DNA of 63,164 bases, filler included, from Octopus bimaculoides (lineage: Eukaryota), in NCBI RefSeq assembly GCF_001194135.2. It is 5 parts of 4 records of this genome, joined end to end, with 100 filler letters (N's around TTAATTAATTAA, not from the genome) between each part and the next. Parts side by side here need not be neighbours in the genome. Positions count along the whole stretch, not along the records: positions 18,526 to 45,702 come from NC_068995.1; 4 more parts are not named here. The stretch is one strand, 5' to 3'. The translations under genes and the position numbers were made by a program. Under the pieces are notes generated by a model. It was not told the DNA's origin and ran no database searches. It saw nothing but the letters and a program-made list of their open reading frames with translations. This document shows positions 24,144 through 38,697 of this stretch, in pieces (the stretch's first letter is position 1; the number at the start of each line of letters is the position of its first letter).

Positions 24144-27100
24144 ACACACGCATACACACACACACAAATAAATAAAATACAAAAAATAATAGCAATATTC
24201 AAAATAAATGTTAGTGATAGTATTGAAGTATTTAGAACATTTCTTTGAAGTGATAGAATTTCTAGTGGTTCATTCAGTGCTTAGAAATATATGCTTTTAA
24301 TGAAATGTATGTTATATTGTCATTTACAAATTATAGTTTCTCCTAATACACAGACAGATACTAGATTACGATGTACATTACCTGGTTTTCATTCATCACT
24401 ATACGACACGAATTAAATGATGGACAATTTACAGCTGTCATTTTACAAAGCTACAAAAACTAATAGCTTAGAATGTTTTGAAATAATGGTAACACGTGAT
24501 ATTATCCTGTTCATGACACATACAAAATCATCTGGTAAAATTTCGAAAAATGAACTTTAAAAATATAATCAAATGGCAAGGATTGATTAAGGAAATAATT
24601 ATATATTTTATTCATAAAGACTTAAGGTTGCTGAGAATAACAATGCCTGTTATAAATGTTGCTAATTTCTGACATTGTATATTACTATATCGCTAATATT
24701 ATAACAATCCGTCACTACCTGAAACGACTTAAATTTTCATCAATTGAATCAGTTGAACACCAGAGACGGGAATGTATTCATCTTTATCCTCATCGAACTA
24801 ACGTGACGAAAACTGATAATTACTTTATTGAAAGAGACCGGACAGAATAATTTTCTAGAAAACTGTTTCACCATCACAATGTGTGTTTGTAGATGTGTGT
24901 GTGTATACAAATATATGTGTGTATATNNNNNNNNNNNNNNNNNNNNNNNNNNNNNNNNNNNNNNNNNNNNNNNNNNNNNNNNNNNNNNNNNNNNNNNNNN
25001 NNNNNNNNNNNNNNNNNNNNNNNNNNNNNNNNNNNNNNNNNNNNNNNNNNNNNNNNNNNNNNNNNNNNNNNNNNNNNNNNNNNNNNNNNNNNNNNNNNNN
25101 NNNNNNNNNNNNNNNNNNNNNNNNNNNNNNNNNNNNNNNNNNNNNNNNNNNNNNNNNNNNNNNNNNNNNNNNNNNNNNNNNNNNNNNNNNNNNNNNNNNN
25201 NNNNNNNNNNNNNNNNNNNNNNNNNNNNNNNNNTATATATATATATATATGTACGTTCACACGGGTATGCAGATTCTTAAATAACGTGTTTATGTGCGTC
25301 TATAGACAGAGTTGTATAAAAGGGAGATTGAAGTCCAGTCTTTCTGGCGATATTTCGGTAAATGTAGACAGCGAGAAATCTGTAGTTACTTTGAATCTGA
25401 GGAGTTGTACCGATGTGCTGCATTTCACTTGCATGCGATTCATATAATAAAAAGGTGCGTAACATTATTTCGCGATATATCTATGACAATACACATATCG
25501 AATAACTATCTACCTCGTTATAAACATTACACTATATATGATGTAGCGATGGAGTTCATTAACAACTGTTAAACATTCGCGACTGAGGATTAACTCCATC
25601 GCTTCTCAGATTCTTGCGTTTGGTACAATACTCAAGCGAACAAAGCTTTGTCGCCTGGATAATTTAAACATGCGGATGAACTGGTTTGTACGAGTAATCT
25701 TATACATGCGCATGTGAGCACATGTGTATAGGTAAGTATATACATATATGTGTATGCTAGCTCTTCAGTGAATGTGATGAAGATTTGTGGATGTGACTTA
25801 CATATTTGGTGACGTAGTGGGGAAAATACCTTTAGGCTTTATTTGTTTATAACTATAAATTCTACGCTGAAATCGTTTTCATATTTTCCGTAAAACAAAG
25901 ATAATTTAAATAGTTTGGGTCCGATTTAAGTAATTATGATAAACAGTGGGATCCACATGCAAATTGATATTGCATGTGTAACATGGTATCTATATGAGAA
26001 ACCGAATATATGGACATGGTCATGCGATTGTTAGAAGAAATCATCTTTACAAGCGCCGTGATTTCTGTTTCTAGAGTGAATTTGTATAACAGAGTGTGCG
26101 CTGAAGCGCATGGGATGTATATGTGTGTAGGTGTGAGTGTGTGCTGTAGCGCATCAGATGTGCATGTGTGTAGTTGTGTGTGTGTGTATAAGGTTGCCTG
26201 CTCCTGTGTATGTGTATGAGGTAGAGATACCAATATGCATTCTTACCGATTGAAAATGCTTATTGGTTTAGCTTCGTCACTCCTACTTGTCGGTCTTGCC
26301 GCAGTTCGATAAAATAAATACAAAACCTAAAATCACCACTGGAACCACATTGATAAATTACATTTGTAGCCGTGCTTTCTATTGAGTGGGATCACTAAAC
26401 TAACAGGAGATAAAGAAAAGGGATATCTAATTAAAATCCTACTCGTAAGCTCACATATCGACGAACCTCGAATTGCTGTTATTGTTGGAAGTGTGTGAAT
26501 GCTTGGTTGTGAGCATGGGTTTCTACCCCTCGAGAAAAGCAGAATTGACAGTGCATGTGCTGGGTGAACGTATATTGCGTTGGGTGCAATTACAGTGGAA
26601 GTCAATTAGTTTAAGGGATGAGTGATTGATAAAATTCATTGGTCTTTCTCGAAGAGATTTAGCTTCATGAGTTTTAAATCTGCTCAAATGTAAGATAACG
26701 ACTCATTCAATGTTTATGTACAAGAGCTCACTGCTGAATGAGAATAGAAAGTGCATCGCTAGTAGATCCGGTATCAAAAAGCCGTACCATTTGTTAGGAA
26801 ATACGATTTGATATACTGCAGAATGTTATTGTAACCTGATCTCTCCTACGCATTTCAGGAGCTGCAAAGGAATATAGTTGAGTGACGCGTTTCAGACTCA
26901 GATACTCTCCTTATAAATGTTACACTGCCCCATTTTCCAAATATTAAGATATATCACTGGAGAGAGCGCCAAACGCAATCATCAAACATTTCAAATTTGT
27001 AATGAAAAAACAATCTAGTTCCGGCCCACAATGATTAAGTTTACTGAGATGGATATCATCTGAATCAATGCGAATTTTGTTTCTAGCGACTAGACGTCTC

Positions 27101-27558
27101 GTCCCTCGTGGTATGTATGTAAGCATGTTTCTGATAGTATTATAGTTGAAATAGATATTTAGGAATAGATTGTCTTAATGTGTGCAACGTGAAATCAGAT
27201 AGAAAATGCGAAGAAGGTATGGAAGCTTTCCGTGTCAAATTTCGACTCACAGTTTGAGTAAATGAACCAGTGTAGGATTCTGATGACTTAGTCAAAGGTG
27301 TGATAATTTTTTTTTTATCATGGGCATACCTAGTGACAGTGAGTGTCCGAGTACCCTTGTGCATGTCTAAGAGGGCTATTACGAGCAGTAGATGTCCCAG
27401 AACAGTTTTCTACGGGACGGCACGTAGGATTTGAGTTTCCTCAGAAAGGTCACATTGTCTGCAACTACCTGACTTCTGCCTTTAAGGAAGTCATGCAGCC
27501 ACTCTCCCATTATATATGAATACATACATATATATACATACGTATATATATGTGTGAG

Positions 27559-27595
<37 letters not shown>

Positions 27596-29264
27596 NNNNN
27601 NNNNNNNNNNNNNNNNNNNNNNNNNNNNNNNNNNNNNNNNNNNNNNNNNNNNNNNNNNNNNNNNNNNNNNNNNNNNNNNNNNNNNNNNNNNNNNNNNNNN
27701 NNNNNNNNNNNNNNNNNNNNNNNNNNNNNNNNNNNNNNNNNNNNNNNNNNNNNNNNNNNNNNNNNNNNNNNNNNNNNNNNNNATATATATATATATATAC
27801 ATGTAGATATATGTTTTTATATGTGTGTGTTTTGCATCTGTGCTTGTGTCCTACCACTACTTCACAACCAGTGTTGGTTGTCGGTTCGGAAAAAGTGACT
27901 TTTAAAGTTTGTACTGGACTTTAAGATCTAAATCTTTAGTTTGATTTGTTCGACTAAAATCTTTGAAGATGGTGCATCGGTATGCCTACAGTCAAGTGAC
28001 TGAAACACATAAATAAGAGATAAACGATATACACTTATATTCATTCATACTTACATGCATATACATATATGCACACATACATACATGCATACATACATAC
28101 ATACATACATACATAGAACTTATATAAACCTTTTCCCCGGAGTATAGGGTGGGTGACGTGCTGGGAAAGCTACTCACATTTATGCGGGCTGACACTCACA
28201 CCGACAGCAGTGAGTATGGAAATAGTCAGAGGACAAAGAAAATTGGAAATTTCCACTGGTACAGGCTCGACTACAAATCTCTCAATGCAGCTGTCTACAA
28301 TCGTTAAATAGATTATGAAATGCTAGTAGTATTAATTTTATAACAATTTTAAAATGACTATTATATTACAAGAGATGAATGGAAGCATAATAATTCCAGA
28401 TCATAGAATGCGAAATATTGAAACAGTGATGCTTATCATAAGTGTTTTTGAATCTACTACATTTAGGTAAACTTAGGTTCTGCAATTCGTTTATAGTATC
28501 ACAAATACGTAGATGTTAAGTGTAGAATTGTTGTCTAAACTCGATTCAGTCCTTATCAATTAGAAGCATGATGAAGATATGTGAATGTTCATCCCCGGGT
28601 TATATCGTCGTATCCAAGCATATTTTATCCAGTATCACATTAACCAATACGTCTTGCTTATTCTAATAAGTAGGAGTGGAGTGAGATTTGACAGCTAGTT
28701 CTCACACTGAAAATTACAGCTTTGGCATTCTATGATGTCCTCAGTACTTACTTTGCATCGTCATAGCGTGTGGAATTTTATGTGTGAATACATTTCTGCA
28801 ATGGCCAGAGATAGCGGTAAATCATGTGAAGAAAATAATGAAAGAAAAAAATAGTCATCAAAGACAGAAAAGACAGAGTAAAAGAGAGGAGTAGGGGAGA
28901 GCCCTTATTCGTTACATTTATATCTCAAACTAAACACTAAAATAAACAGCTTCATAGTGATGCAAATATTCAAACGCAAGTGTTTTCGTATCCGAACGTG
29001 GGAAACATAATCATAGTGTTAAGTTTTACACATAATTAGAAAAAGAGATGAAAACGCGTGTTGATTAGCAAAAGTGAGTGGCAAACAAATAACTAAATAG
29101 TAAATACATAAATATGTCAACAGAGAAAGAATGAACGAAGCAAGAAGGTTTCTGTATAATTATGGGCTTTCAAACAACATTTTAAGGTAACCATGAAACG
29201 TAACATTTTTTTTTTTTCACAATCAACCGAACTTAGAAATTTGATAATGAGAGAGCTGACAAAA

Positions 29265-29348
29265 AATATTTGTCATCATCATCGTCGTCGCCAGCATCAT
29301 TTTCAGTAAGATCATAATCATCGTCATCATCGCCATCATCATCATCAA

Positions 29349-29398
<50 letters not shown>

Positions 29399-30093
29399 CT
29401 ATATTCATTATAATTATTATTACCATCAAAATCATGATGATCATTATCGTCGTTGTCGTCATCTTCATCGCCGTCGTCGTCGTCACCTCCATCATCATCG
29501 TCATCATCCTCATTATTACATTCAATATAATTAATAACATCAGCATCATGACCTTCACCAACATCATGACCTTCATCATCATCGTCATCATCATTGTCGT
29601 TGTCGTCGCCGTCATCATCATCATCCGTCATTTCATAGATAAAATAGTTAAGAACACCTTAGCAACCATCATCATACAAACCGTCATAAACTCATCCTCA
29701 TCGTCGTCATAATCACCATCATCTTTGACATCAATATATCATAACGCACTAAACTTCGTTAGCATTAAAAACTGCATCAACAACATCACCATCCGTATCA
29801 GATATGATATCTTCTTCTACATGTCGCTCTTTCTATTTCTTCTGATCTTTCTGCAATATTTCAGATATTTGATAGAGTTTCTTGAAATCATTTAATATAA
29901 TCTTTATCATTTCATGTCTTCCATTTTCCCCGTATCGTTCCCTTCAATAACCTTCTTGATCCGTTGGTGCGTTCATCTGTTCTTTTCTTCGCTTTCTTCT
30001 TGCATATTCTGTTGTCGTAGTTTTTCTTTCCCTCATCTTCAAAATTAAAATCATTCATCCTCCACCTTCTTCTCATCATCATCATCGTTGTTT

Positions 30094-30125
<32 letters not shown>

Positions 30126-30182
30126 GCCATCATCATCATCATCGTCGTCATTATCATCATCATCATCATCATCATCATCATG
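29265..30182. repeat. Long degenerate (CAT/CGT)n trinucleotide field with a less repetitive interior at ~29720-30060
   Basis: Read directly; yields poly-Asp, poly-Met and poly-Ile ORFs. Confidence 0.85.
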
Positions 30183-30242
30183 GCATTTTCTCATGTTTTC
30201 TTTTTTTTATGCATTCATTTATGAATTCTCACGATAAATACT

Positions 30243-30996
30243 TGTGCCGCTCGAATTGAACGACAACAAAATAAAACGCCATTTTGAAGTGTAGCCTTTT
30301 ACGCAACAAGAACGATCTGTTTCTCGACCGGATTGTGACTTGCGATGAAAATTGGATTCTTTACGACAACCGGCAAACGCTCAGCTCAGTGGTTGGACAC
30401 CGACAAAGCTCCACGGCACTTCCCGAAGCCGAAGTTGCACCAAAAAAAGGTCATGGTGATATGTTTGGTGGTCTGCGGCCGTTCACATCCATCACAGTTT
30501 TTTGGATCCAGGCAAAACCATTAAGATGGAGAAGTACTCTCAGCAAATAGATAAAATGCATAAGTAACTTTGACAACAACAGCCAGCATTGGTCAATAGA
30601 GAAGGACCAATTCTTCTACACAACAACCCTCGGCCGCACGTCACACAACTGATCCTGCAGAAGTTGAACGAATTGGGCTACGAAACTCTGCCTCATCCGC
30701 CATACTCACCAGGCTTCTTGCCTACCGACTACCACTTTTTAAAGCATCTCGACAACTTCCTGCGTGAGAAATACTTCAAAAACCAAGACGATGCCAAACA
30801 TGCCTTCAACTACTTCATCGCCACCAGAACGAAGGATGTTTACGCTACTGGCATAAACAAACTTGTTTCACTTTGGCAAAAGTGTCTTGATTCTGAGGGT
30901 GTTCTTTTTTCAATTAATAAAGGTTTGTTTGAGCCGAGATATGTGCATCTGAATTTAAAGGTTAAAAACCGCAAGAAGTTTCTTGACAGCCAAATA
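30243..30996 (+). mobile_element. Decayed mariner (DD34D) transposase, 5'-truncated, with 3' TIR
   Basis: RIVTCDENWILYDN (first D); after a frameshift RSAQWLD...PKPKLHQKKVMV; ILLHNNPRPH...LPHPPYSPGFLPTDYH (second D changed to N, 34 residues to third D); 3' TIR-like aaaaaccgcaagaagtttcttgacagccaaa|ta. Stops and frameshifts present. Confidence 0.92.
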
Positions 30997-32408
30997 ATAA
31001 TAATAATAAAATATACATAATTCATTTATAACGTTAATACTTTCAGATGTGATTTAAAAATAACGAAGCTCGAGACACTGATTATAATTTTCTATTATAT
31101 AACGTGATGTTACAATTTAAAAAAAACCCACTATATTCTATTTCTCAGAGCGGTTGTTCCTCACATGTATTGACTCACTTCAGCCAATTCAATGAATATA
31201 ATTAATTGAAGTAAACTCGCAGTTGGTAGTTATTTTTTTTTTTTTTTTGCATGGGAGTCTTTACCAGAATCAAAATACATGGAAACTGAAGTACTTCTGC
31301 ATATGAGGTCAAAATAGAGTTACCTTCTTCCATTAAAGGAGCAACTGGAGAGACGTCTACACTATATTTAGAAGGATTTATGAACCCGTGAGTGCAGTAG
31401 TGCTTGAGGCAGCGTGCGCTTTGTTTTGTCTGAAAACTTAATAAAGATGCTAGTAAAAAAAAACCCTGTGATTCTCGTCTCTTCACCATTTAATGATTCA
31501 GTACCTAAGTCTCAGAAGATAGCAACTGATCTATATTTCTTTTTCCAATCTCCTCTAAGGTCCTATCACGTTGTTGCTAAACTTATTTCTCCAAACAGCG
31601 TTGTCTTTGGTTCTACATATCTCAATGTCTAACGAGATTTCTTTTCTTCAAACGTTTATGACACTTTCCCCTCTTCTCTGTTGAGCTCTATAAATTTTGT
31701 CGCTAACCTTTCATTTATCCTTTATAATGACAGCTGTATACTTTAGTTCCTGATAGAAACCTAGAATTGTTTTCGCTCCTGTGTTTAATGTTTATTGACA
31801 ACGAGGTTCATTGTGATTATAGTTGTTATCATAGACGTAAATATATTGTCATTTTCAAAGTTGTCGTTGTCGTGGACGCTGTGGCCCTTATCGTCGTTGT
31901 AGTCGTGGTCTTCGTCGTCATCGTCATCGTCATCATCATAACCATCATCTTTTTACCGTTTCTCTTTTAAAATATTACTGTCAGTCACATTTCCATTTAG
32001 CAATATTTATTGTATAATATACGTATGGATGTTGTTGGTTCTTTGTTTTCTGATAATAAATTCTCTTTAATGAATATTCGTGGGGAGGAAAAATCATAGC
32101 ACTTTTTAACACATGTAGCGAAAGAAGTGTATATTCGTGTGACGAAGCAGTGTATCATATATAAAAGTTTCGCATATGTGGGAGAAACAAATATATATTT
32201 GTGATGGGCTATGTGTACGCATTAGAGTTACATGTGTATATCTGTTAACGATGTGTTTGATATAAAGAAATATAATATTTAGAAAATATGTATGGACGAA
32301 ACAAACAAGACATAACTTTATAATTTTTATGATTTAAACTAGACAGAAAGAAATTAAATCAGAAAAAATAGCCAAGATTATAAGCGACACAAGATGGAGA
32401 AAGATTCA

Positions 32409-32464
<56 letters not shown>

Positions 32465-32941
32465 NNNNNNNNNNNNNNNNNNNNNNNNNNNNNNTATATA
32501 TATATATATATTTGAGTGTGTGTAGACAGAATTATGCATACATTTATACAAGCACAGACACACAAAATCACACAAGCATACAGAATAGACACACACGCGC
32601 ATACTCAAACACACACACCACACATATGTATATAGACATGAGTGTTTGTGTATAGTGTGTATTTTATATGTATAATCTAAAAACACACACATTACGTACA
32701 ACAGCATACACAAAAAATATTATAAGCGATTGACGTGCAGGATAAGGACGCATAACAACAATAAAAATAATATAAACACAATTACAACAGCTTTAGCAGC
32801 TGAAGTAATATTAATATGATGATATAAAATTAGAATTGTAAATTTTGATGGCATTAATTAAAACATTATTTTTGATAATCTAGAGACAACATTGGAACGA
32901 GGAAAAGCTACTTAGAAATCAATTAGCAGTCTCACTACTGA

Positions 32942-33078
<137 letters not shown>

Positions 33079-33769
33079 GAGTAGACAAAATTATGAAGAA
33101 AGCTGAACGTAAAACTAAAGAATGGATAAAAAACAAGAAGTATTATTGAATGCTTGATTCGAAGAATTAACAAAGAAAACAATTATGACGATAGTAACAG
33201 CAGTAACTACACAAAGTAAACAAAAACAAACAAAAAACGGTACAAAAACATAATAAATAAAAATACACGAATTAAATGAATGTAATAAGAAGATAAAGAC
33301 CCGAAAAGATAATCCAACAAAATGGTAACGAAAATCGAACAAAAAATTCTTGAACACAAAAGAAAAATTGACTGCAGTGATGGCCGTATGGATATTGCAG
33401 CTCGTAAAATGTTGACCCTAATGACTAATGAGGAGCTGCTGTAATTTCGGCTGTTGTTGCTGTTACTGTTCTTGTTATCGTGGTGATTATTGTTGGGGTA
33501 GTGGTGGTGGTCGTGTTGTTGTTGTGTGTGTTATTGTTGATGTTCATGCTATTTGTGCTGTTCAGGGTGTAATGTGCATGTAGTCTTAGAGTGATTCAGG
33601 AGGAAGCAGATTTAGCAAAGAACGATAATAAAGTTAATAGAATAATAGCAATGGTGTTAATGGCTTATGGAGTATTTATTTATATATATATTTTGTCTAT
33701 TTATCTGTTTATTCATTCATTTATTTATGGTCGTCGTTACTTACTTTAAAAAAAATTTGATTGTATTGA

Positions 33770-34140
33770 AGGCGACGATGATGGTCCTGAAGAAAATGAT
33801 TAGTTGAGGATGAGAATAATTATGATGAAGGCGATAATGACGACGACAATCACAACAACAGTGACGGTAACTACGAGGATGATGATGATGACGACGACAA
33901 CGACGACGATGATGATGATGATAGTGACAATGGTGAAACAGATGATGGTAATCAACTTCTAGTTAACGGTCGTGATAACTGTGTTGATTATGGTGTTTAT
34001 AATGTTGCTACTGTCATTATTTACTAGGAACATACTGTTTCCCCTGCTCTTGCTACTGTTGTTGACGACGATGACAACGATGACGAAGAGGACATCGACA
34101 ATGAAGGTAATGTTGAAGAAGAGGAAGAGGTGGAAATGGT
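33770..34140. repeat. Degenerate (GAT/GAC)n low-complexity tract
   Basis: Read directly. Confidence 0.75.
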
Positions 34141-34466
34141 GAAGCGGAGGCTAATGTTTCTGTTGGTTGTGAAAGTTTAACGTCATATCATTAAAAAATG
34201 AATTTAATTGTGTCGAGCATTATGATTATTTACAACTAAATCAGTAAAATATGAGAGCTTCATAGGACAAAAGATTGCTGAGTGGTAAGACAACATAATC
34301 TCATTCACATTTATTAAAGAAAAATCTCTCATGTCGCCTAGATGAGTCTATATCAAGAACACTCCGCAGAATGTTTGGTAGTATATTCTTCCGGTGCCTC
34401 TCTTGACCAATGGCCTGCAAGTGGAATTTGGTATGCTACAGCATCGCAGATGTAAATGCATATGTT

Positions 34467-34620
34467 AGGCGTGGGTGTGCGGTAAGAATTTGCTATCACA
34501 TTGTTCCGGGATCTGTCTCTCTGCATGGCACCTTGGGTAAATGTCTTCTAATATGACTTCGTGCTGACGAAAGCCTTATGAGTTGATTTGGCAGACGAAA
34601 ACTGAAAGAAACTCGCCGTA
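34467..34620 (+). mobile_element. tRNA-derived SINE family B with a CORE-like central motif
   Basis: ggcgtgggtgtgcggtaag...gttccgggatc...gcatggcaccttgggtaaatgtcttcta...agccttatgagttgatttggcagacgaaaactgaaagaa followed by a (TA)n tail; ggcaccttggg.aa.tg resembles the CORE-SINE motif. Confidence 0.75.
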
Positions 34621-34635
34621 TATATATATACATAG

Positions 34636-34703
<68 letters not shown>

Positions 34704-35399
34704 GTATGTATTTATGTGTGTATGTATGTAGGTATATGTGCATGTTTGTATGCATGCATGCGTATATGTATATGTGTGTTGTGTTTGTGTTGAGGTTGTC
34801 ATAATTTAACGGTTCGGTTAAAACAGCGATAGAATATATATCATGCTTAAAAAAAACATAAGTATATTCATTCAACCAAAATTCTTTAAAGCGGCACCTG
34901 CATTGCCACTGTCTGGTGGCTGAAACAAGTAAAAGCTACAGGGTAAAAGTGAGTGATAACTAGATTGTAGCTCCTGATAGTGAAGCATTCGGAGAACCAT
35001 ACCGTGATGCTTCTTAAGATATTTTATAAGAAATGGAAACAGAGTTGCTGCTATCATGTATTAGTGAATTTTAAAAAGAACTCTATTTGAACTCGTGGGA
35101 AAATTGTATTACCATAAAACAAAATACATATTTGAAAATGGTCCAGTACATTCAAACTCGGAGAGTGTCTTACAGAATACAAATGTAAAGAGTGGCTTGC
35201 TTAATCAAAGATCAATGCATGTTTCATACATATGAGATACACAAAACAAACGTGAGAAACTGATAAAATGACCGGGTGAGAATTGCGAATGTTAGAGAAT
35301 TCTCAATTGTTTTAAAGATTGCATTGATGACCACCTCTTTCGGTCACAAATAGCCATGGGATTGCATGTAGAAATTACCCTCCGAGGCACAATCCAGGG

Positions 35400-35630
35400 A
35401 AGGTTGTTTGCGCAAGACCAGCAGTCATCCATGTATACCAGTCTTAACTTTCCACGCTACCAATGTTGTCCTAGGGGAAGGCAAAGGCCAATACAGCTTG
35501 GCATGGAGTAATATGAAATAAAATGTCTTGCGCAAGAACAAAGCACAACATACAGCTCGTTCCAGGAATCGAACTAACAACCCCACGGTTCTAAGACCGA
35601 TTCTCTAGCTATTGAGTCATGCACATTCAC
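35400..35630 (-). mobile_element. tRNA-derived SINE, degenerate
   Basis: Reverse complement starts gtgaatgtgcatgactcaatagctagagaatcgg...gttagttcgattcctgga (A and B box-like). Confidence 0.6.
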
Positions 35631-35814
35631 CAGAAAAGAAGAGTTTGCATTATTCCTAATGGAATTTTAATGGAATCGATTGTACAGAGAACCAGTTTGT
35701 TACGCCCAATAAGGATAATACGAATAGTTGCAAAATACCTAAATTGCAGTGTGTAGCTTGATAAAAAGCTGTCTTATACGGGGATGAATAAGAGTGAACT
35801 GCTAAGTGGACAAC

Positions 35815-35977
35815 GTAGCAGCAGTAGCAGCAGCAGCAGCAGTAAGTAATAGTAGTGGTAGTAGTAGTAGTAGTAGTAGTAGTAGTGACAGCTCCGGTGG
35901 CCCCACTGGTGGTGGTGGTTATACTACTACTACTAGTGCTAATACAACCACTGCTACTATTAATGCTGCTGCTGCTG

Positions 35978-36037
<60 letters not shown>

Positions 36038-36070
36038 GTAGCAGCAACAGTAGTAATAGTAGTAGTATTT
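35815..36070. repeat. Compound (GCA/GTA/CTA/GCT)n trinucleotide array
   Basis: Read directly. Confidence 0.92.
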
Positions 36071-37519
36071 ATAGTCAAGGTGAGAACTAAGTGTTCAGGA
36101 AAAGATGATAGCACAATACGATACAATGTAGGGCCACACTTTTAAAATGGGGAAAATTCTAATAAAGAAATAATTTTTAACCAAAGAATAATTTTCGAAT
36201 ACTCGTGGAAATCTCACTGAGCCACATTCATTTCTCTCCTCCACAGGCAACTGCCCACTCTAACTTGTCAGTATTTTGTCAACAAGCACATTCTCTGAGA
36301 ATACCAATTCTTTCGGTCCATCTTTTTCACTCTCATCTATATTTCAACAAATTTTCTGGAGACGTCATTTCCCTGTCAACGCATATTTTTCACCGAAAAT
36401 CTTGATGAGAACTTGGTGAAAATGGAGGATATTAATCTTCAGCATTTTCAATCTGGCCTAGCACATAAGCATTTTCTCAAAAGCCTGCAGATTAATAAAA
36501 AATATGTATCTTACCCAGACAAAGGCACGAAAATATCACCGATGCCCGATACACGAGACACTTGTTGTTCAACATAATTCCACAAGTCAGCAATGGTATT
36601 GCACTGGCAAATGCGTGCAGAACAATTCAATTGCATTGTGTGCATCTCAAACGGGAATGGCTATTGAATCTATATGGAAAAGGCAATAGCTCATGATAGC
36701 ACTGTTACGCCAGAGATTTCTGGAATCTGCCCCGAAAATCCTCCAGAACAAACCAGCCTGATTTTTTTTAACGAAGCCCAGAAGCTGCTCCTCACAGGTG
36801 CAAGCTGATTACTCACTATTCGGAAGCCAATATAATAAAGGCAAGTTAGCGCTTTGTTCAAATGATAGAATGTAATGAAACCCTAATAATATTCTAGATT
36901 GCAACGCTGTCAAAAGATATATTGTGGAAAAGCGAATCTCACAAACTGTGACCACACCTCTCAGAGTCAATGAACCACTGGAGGTCTCGTAACATCGGTG
37001 TATGTCAGCATACTATCAACCACAGCNNNNNNNNNNNNNNNNNNNNNNNNNNNNNNNNNNNNNNNNNNNNNNNNNNNNNNNNNNNNNNNNNNNNNNNNNN
37101 NNNNNNNNNNNNNNNNNNNNNNNNNNNNNNNNNNNNNNNNNNNNNNNNNNNNNNNNNNNNNNNNNNNNNNNNNNNNNNNNNNNNNNNNNNNNNNNNNNNN
37201 NNNNNNNNNNNNNNNNNNNNNNNNNNNNNNNNNNNNNNNNNNNNNNNNNNNNNNNNNNNNNNNNNNNNNNNNNNNNNNNNNNNNNNNNNNNNNNNNNNNN
37301 NNNNNNNNNNNNNNNNNNNNNNNNNNNNNNNNNNNNNNNNNNNNNNNNNNNNNNNNNNNNNNNNNNNNGGCACAAAATCTTAAAGGGGAGTTAAAACGAA
37401 AGTTACCAGCAACACGAAGAGATATGGTGCTGACATATCAACGTGCACAACAACGGAGGCAACAACAAATATTGTGAATAATAATGATGATGGTGATGAT
37501 AATAAAAACAACAATAACA

Positions 37520-38052
37520 ACAGGATTTCATGGCTTTTGATCTTAACTGATTGAAAGTGTCATCATGAATATTGTTTCATCTTGGTATAAAAGTTAGTCT
37601 ACAGCAAATATTCTTCTCAATATCAGAGATTTGCTTGTCAGTTGCTTAACCGTAAGCAGTTGAGCATGTCCCTTAGTGGCTGGTGATAGGTGTTTCGTTG
37701 ATTATGAGCAGAAGTAGTGAGGGGTCATCAGAGCCATATGTTGAAAGGAATTATTTGGAGTTTGAATAGTCCACCTATGGAAACTTAGGTGTTTTGTTCA
37801 TCATCTTTAAACAACCCTTATTCAGGGTATTTTGAGCAGGTTCGGCTACTCAACCTGAAGAAAATTCTCACAGGGTTTCATCTGCAAGCTCATGCGCTGT
37901 TTATCTTGGTATGAGATCACCATGTGACGCAGATATGAATGTAATGCATGTTCCTGGTATACTCTTATCAGATGGGTAGTAATGATGGGTATATTAGGCT
38001 TCAACTGCTTGTACCCCGGTGTACCTTTGATGGTGTGCCCTGCCATCTCACT
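37520..38052 (-). mobile_element. Unclassified ~530 bp interspersed repeat between two degenerate (AAT)n arrays
   Basis: GC-richer segment bracketed by AAT-type runs; resembles a frequent Octopus repeat from recall; no credible ORF. Confidence 0.4.
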
Positions 38053-38519
38053 CAATAATAATCATAATAATAATAATAATAGTAATAACAACACGATAAC
38101 AATAATTTCATTTATTTACCACAGTGTGAGGGTTCACATATAAAGTAATGATAGAAAAAAAAAGAAAGTATACACGGTATACATGGGAAAAAAGGGGCAT
38201 ATGGATAGCTGAGAAAGGTTGTTTTTTTTTTAATATTTCAGGGAGAATGAGAGAGATGTGACCCTTCTGATACAGGAAGGCCTCTAGGGATAATCGAGGA
38301 GCCCCACTGTACGAGATTTCCCTGAAACCCCAGGAGCAAGTGCCCTCTCCAATGCCTTCTCTCCCACTACAGTTAGAGAAGTAGCATCTGGTTTATTAGC
38401 TTTGATGGTCCTGTCTACCAACAATTGGGTTCATTTTTCTTGACTTTCCTCTTTCTCTTCTCTCTTTCTCTCTCCCACTCTCTGTCTAGCTGTCTATTTA
38501 GCCATCCATCCACCCATCT

Positions 38520-38534
38520 ATTTATCTATCTATA

Positions 38535-38577
<43 letters not shown>

Positions 38578-38697
38578 GTACCTACCTACCTACCTACTTA
38601 CCTGTCTCCCTACCTACCTGTCTACCTACCTGTCTACCTACCTACCTACCTACCTACCTACCTACCTACCTACCTACCTACCTACCTACCTACCTAT
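38520..38697. repeat. (TATC)n-(CTAC)n tetranucleotide array
   Basis: Read directly. Confidence 0.95.

Noticed and set aside
29233-29631. 132-aa poly-Asp ORF resembling an acidic biomineralisation protein
   Set aside because: It is the reverse strand of a degenerate (CAT)n field; no signal peptide, other frames are equally open (poly-Met, poly-Ile), and similar tracts recur at 30060-30182 and 33770-34140.
35656-36145. Poly-Ser/Thr/Val/Leu ORFs (mucin-like appearance)
   Set aside because: Translations of compound trinucleotide arrays, open on both strands; the same holds for 46628-47071 and 32912-33182.
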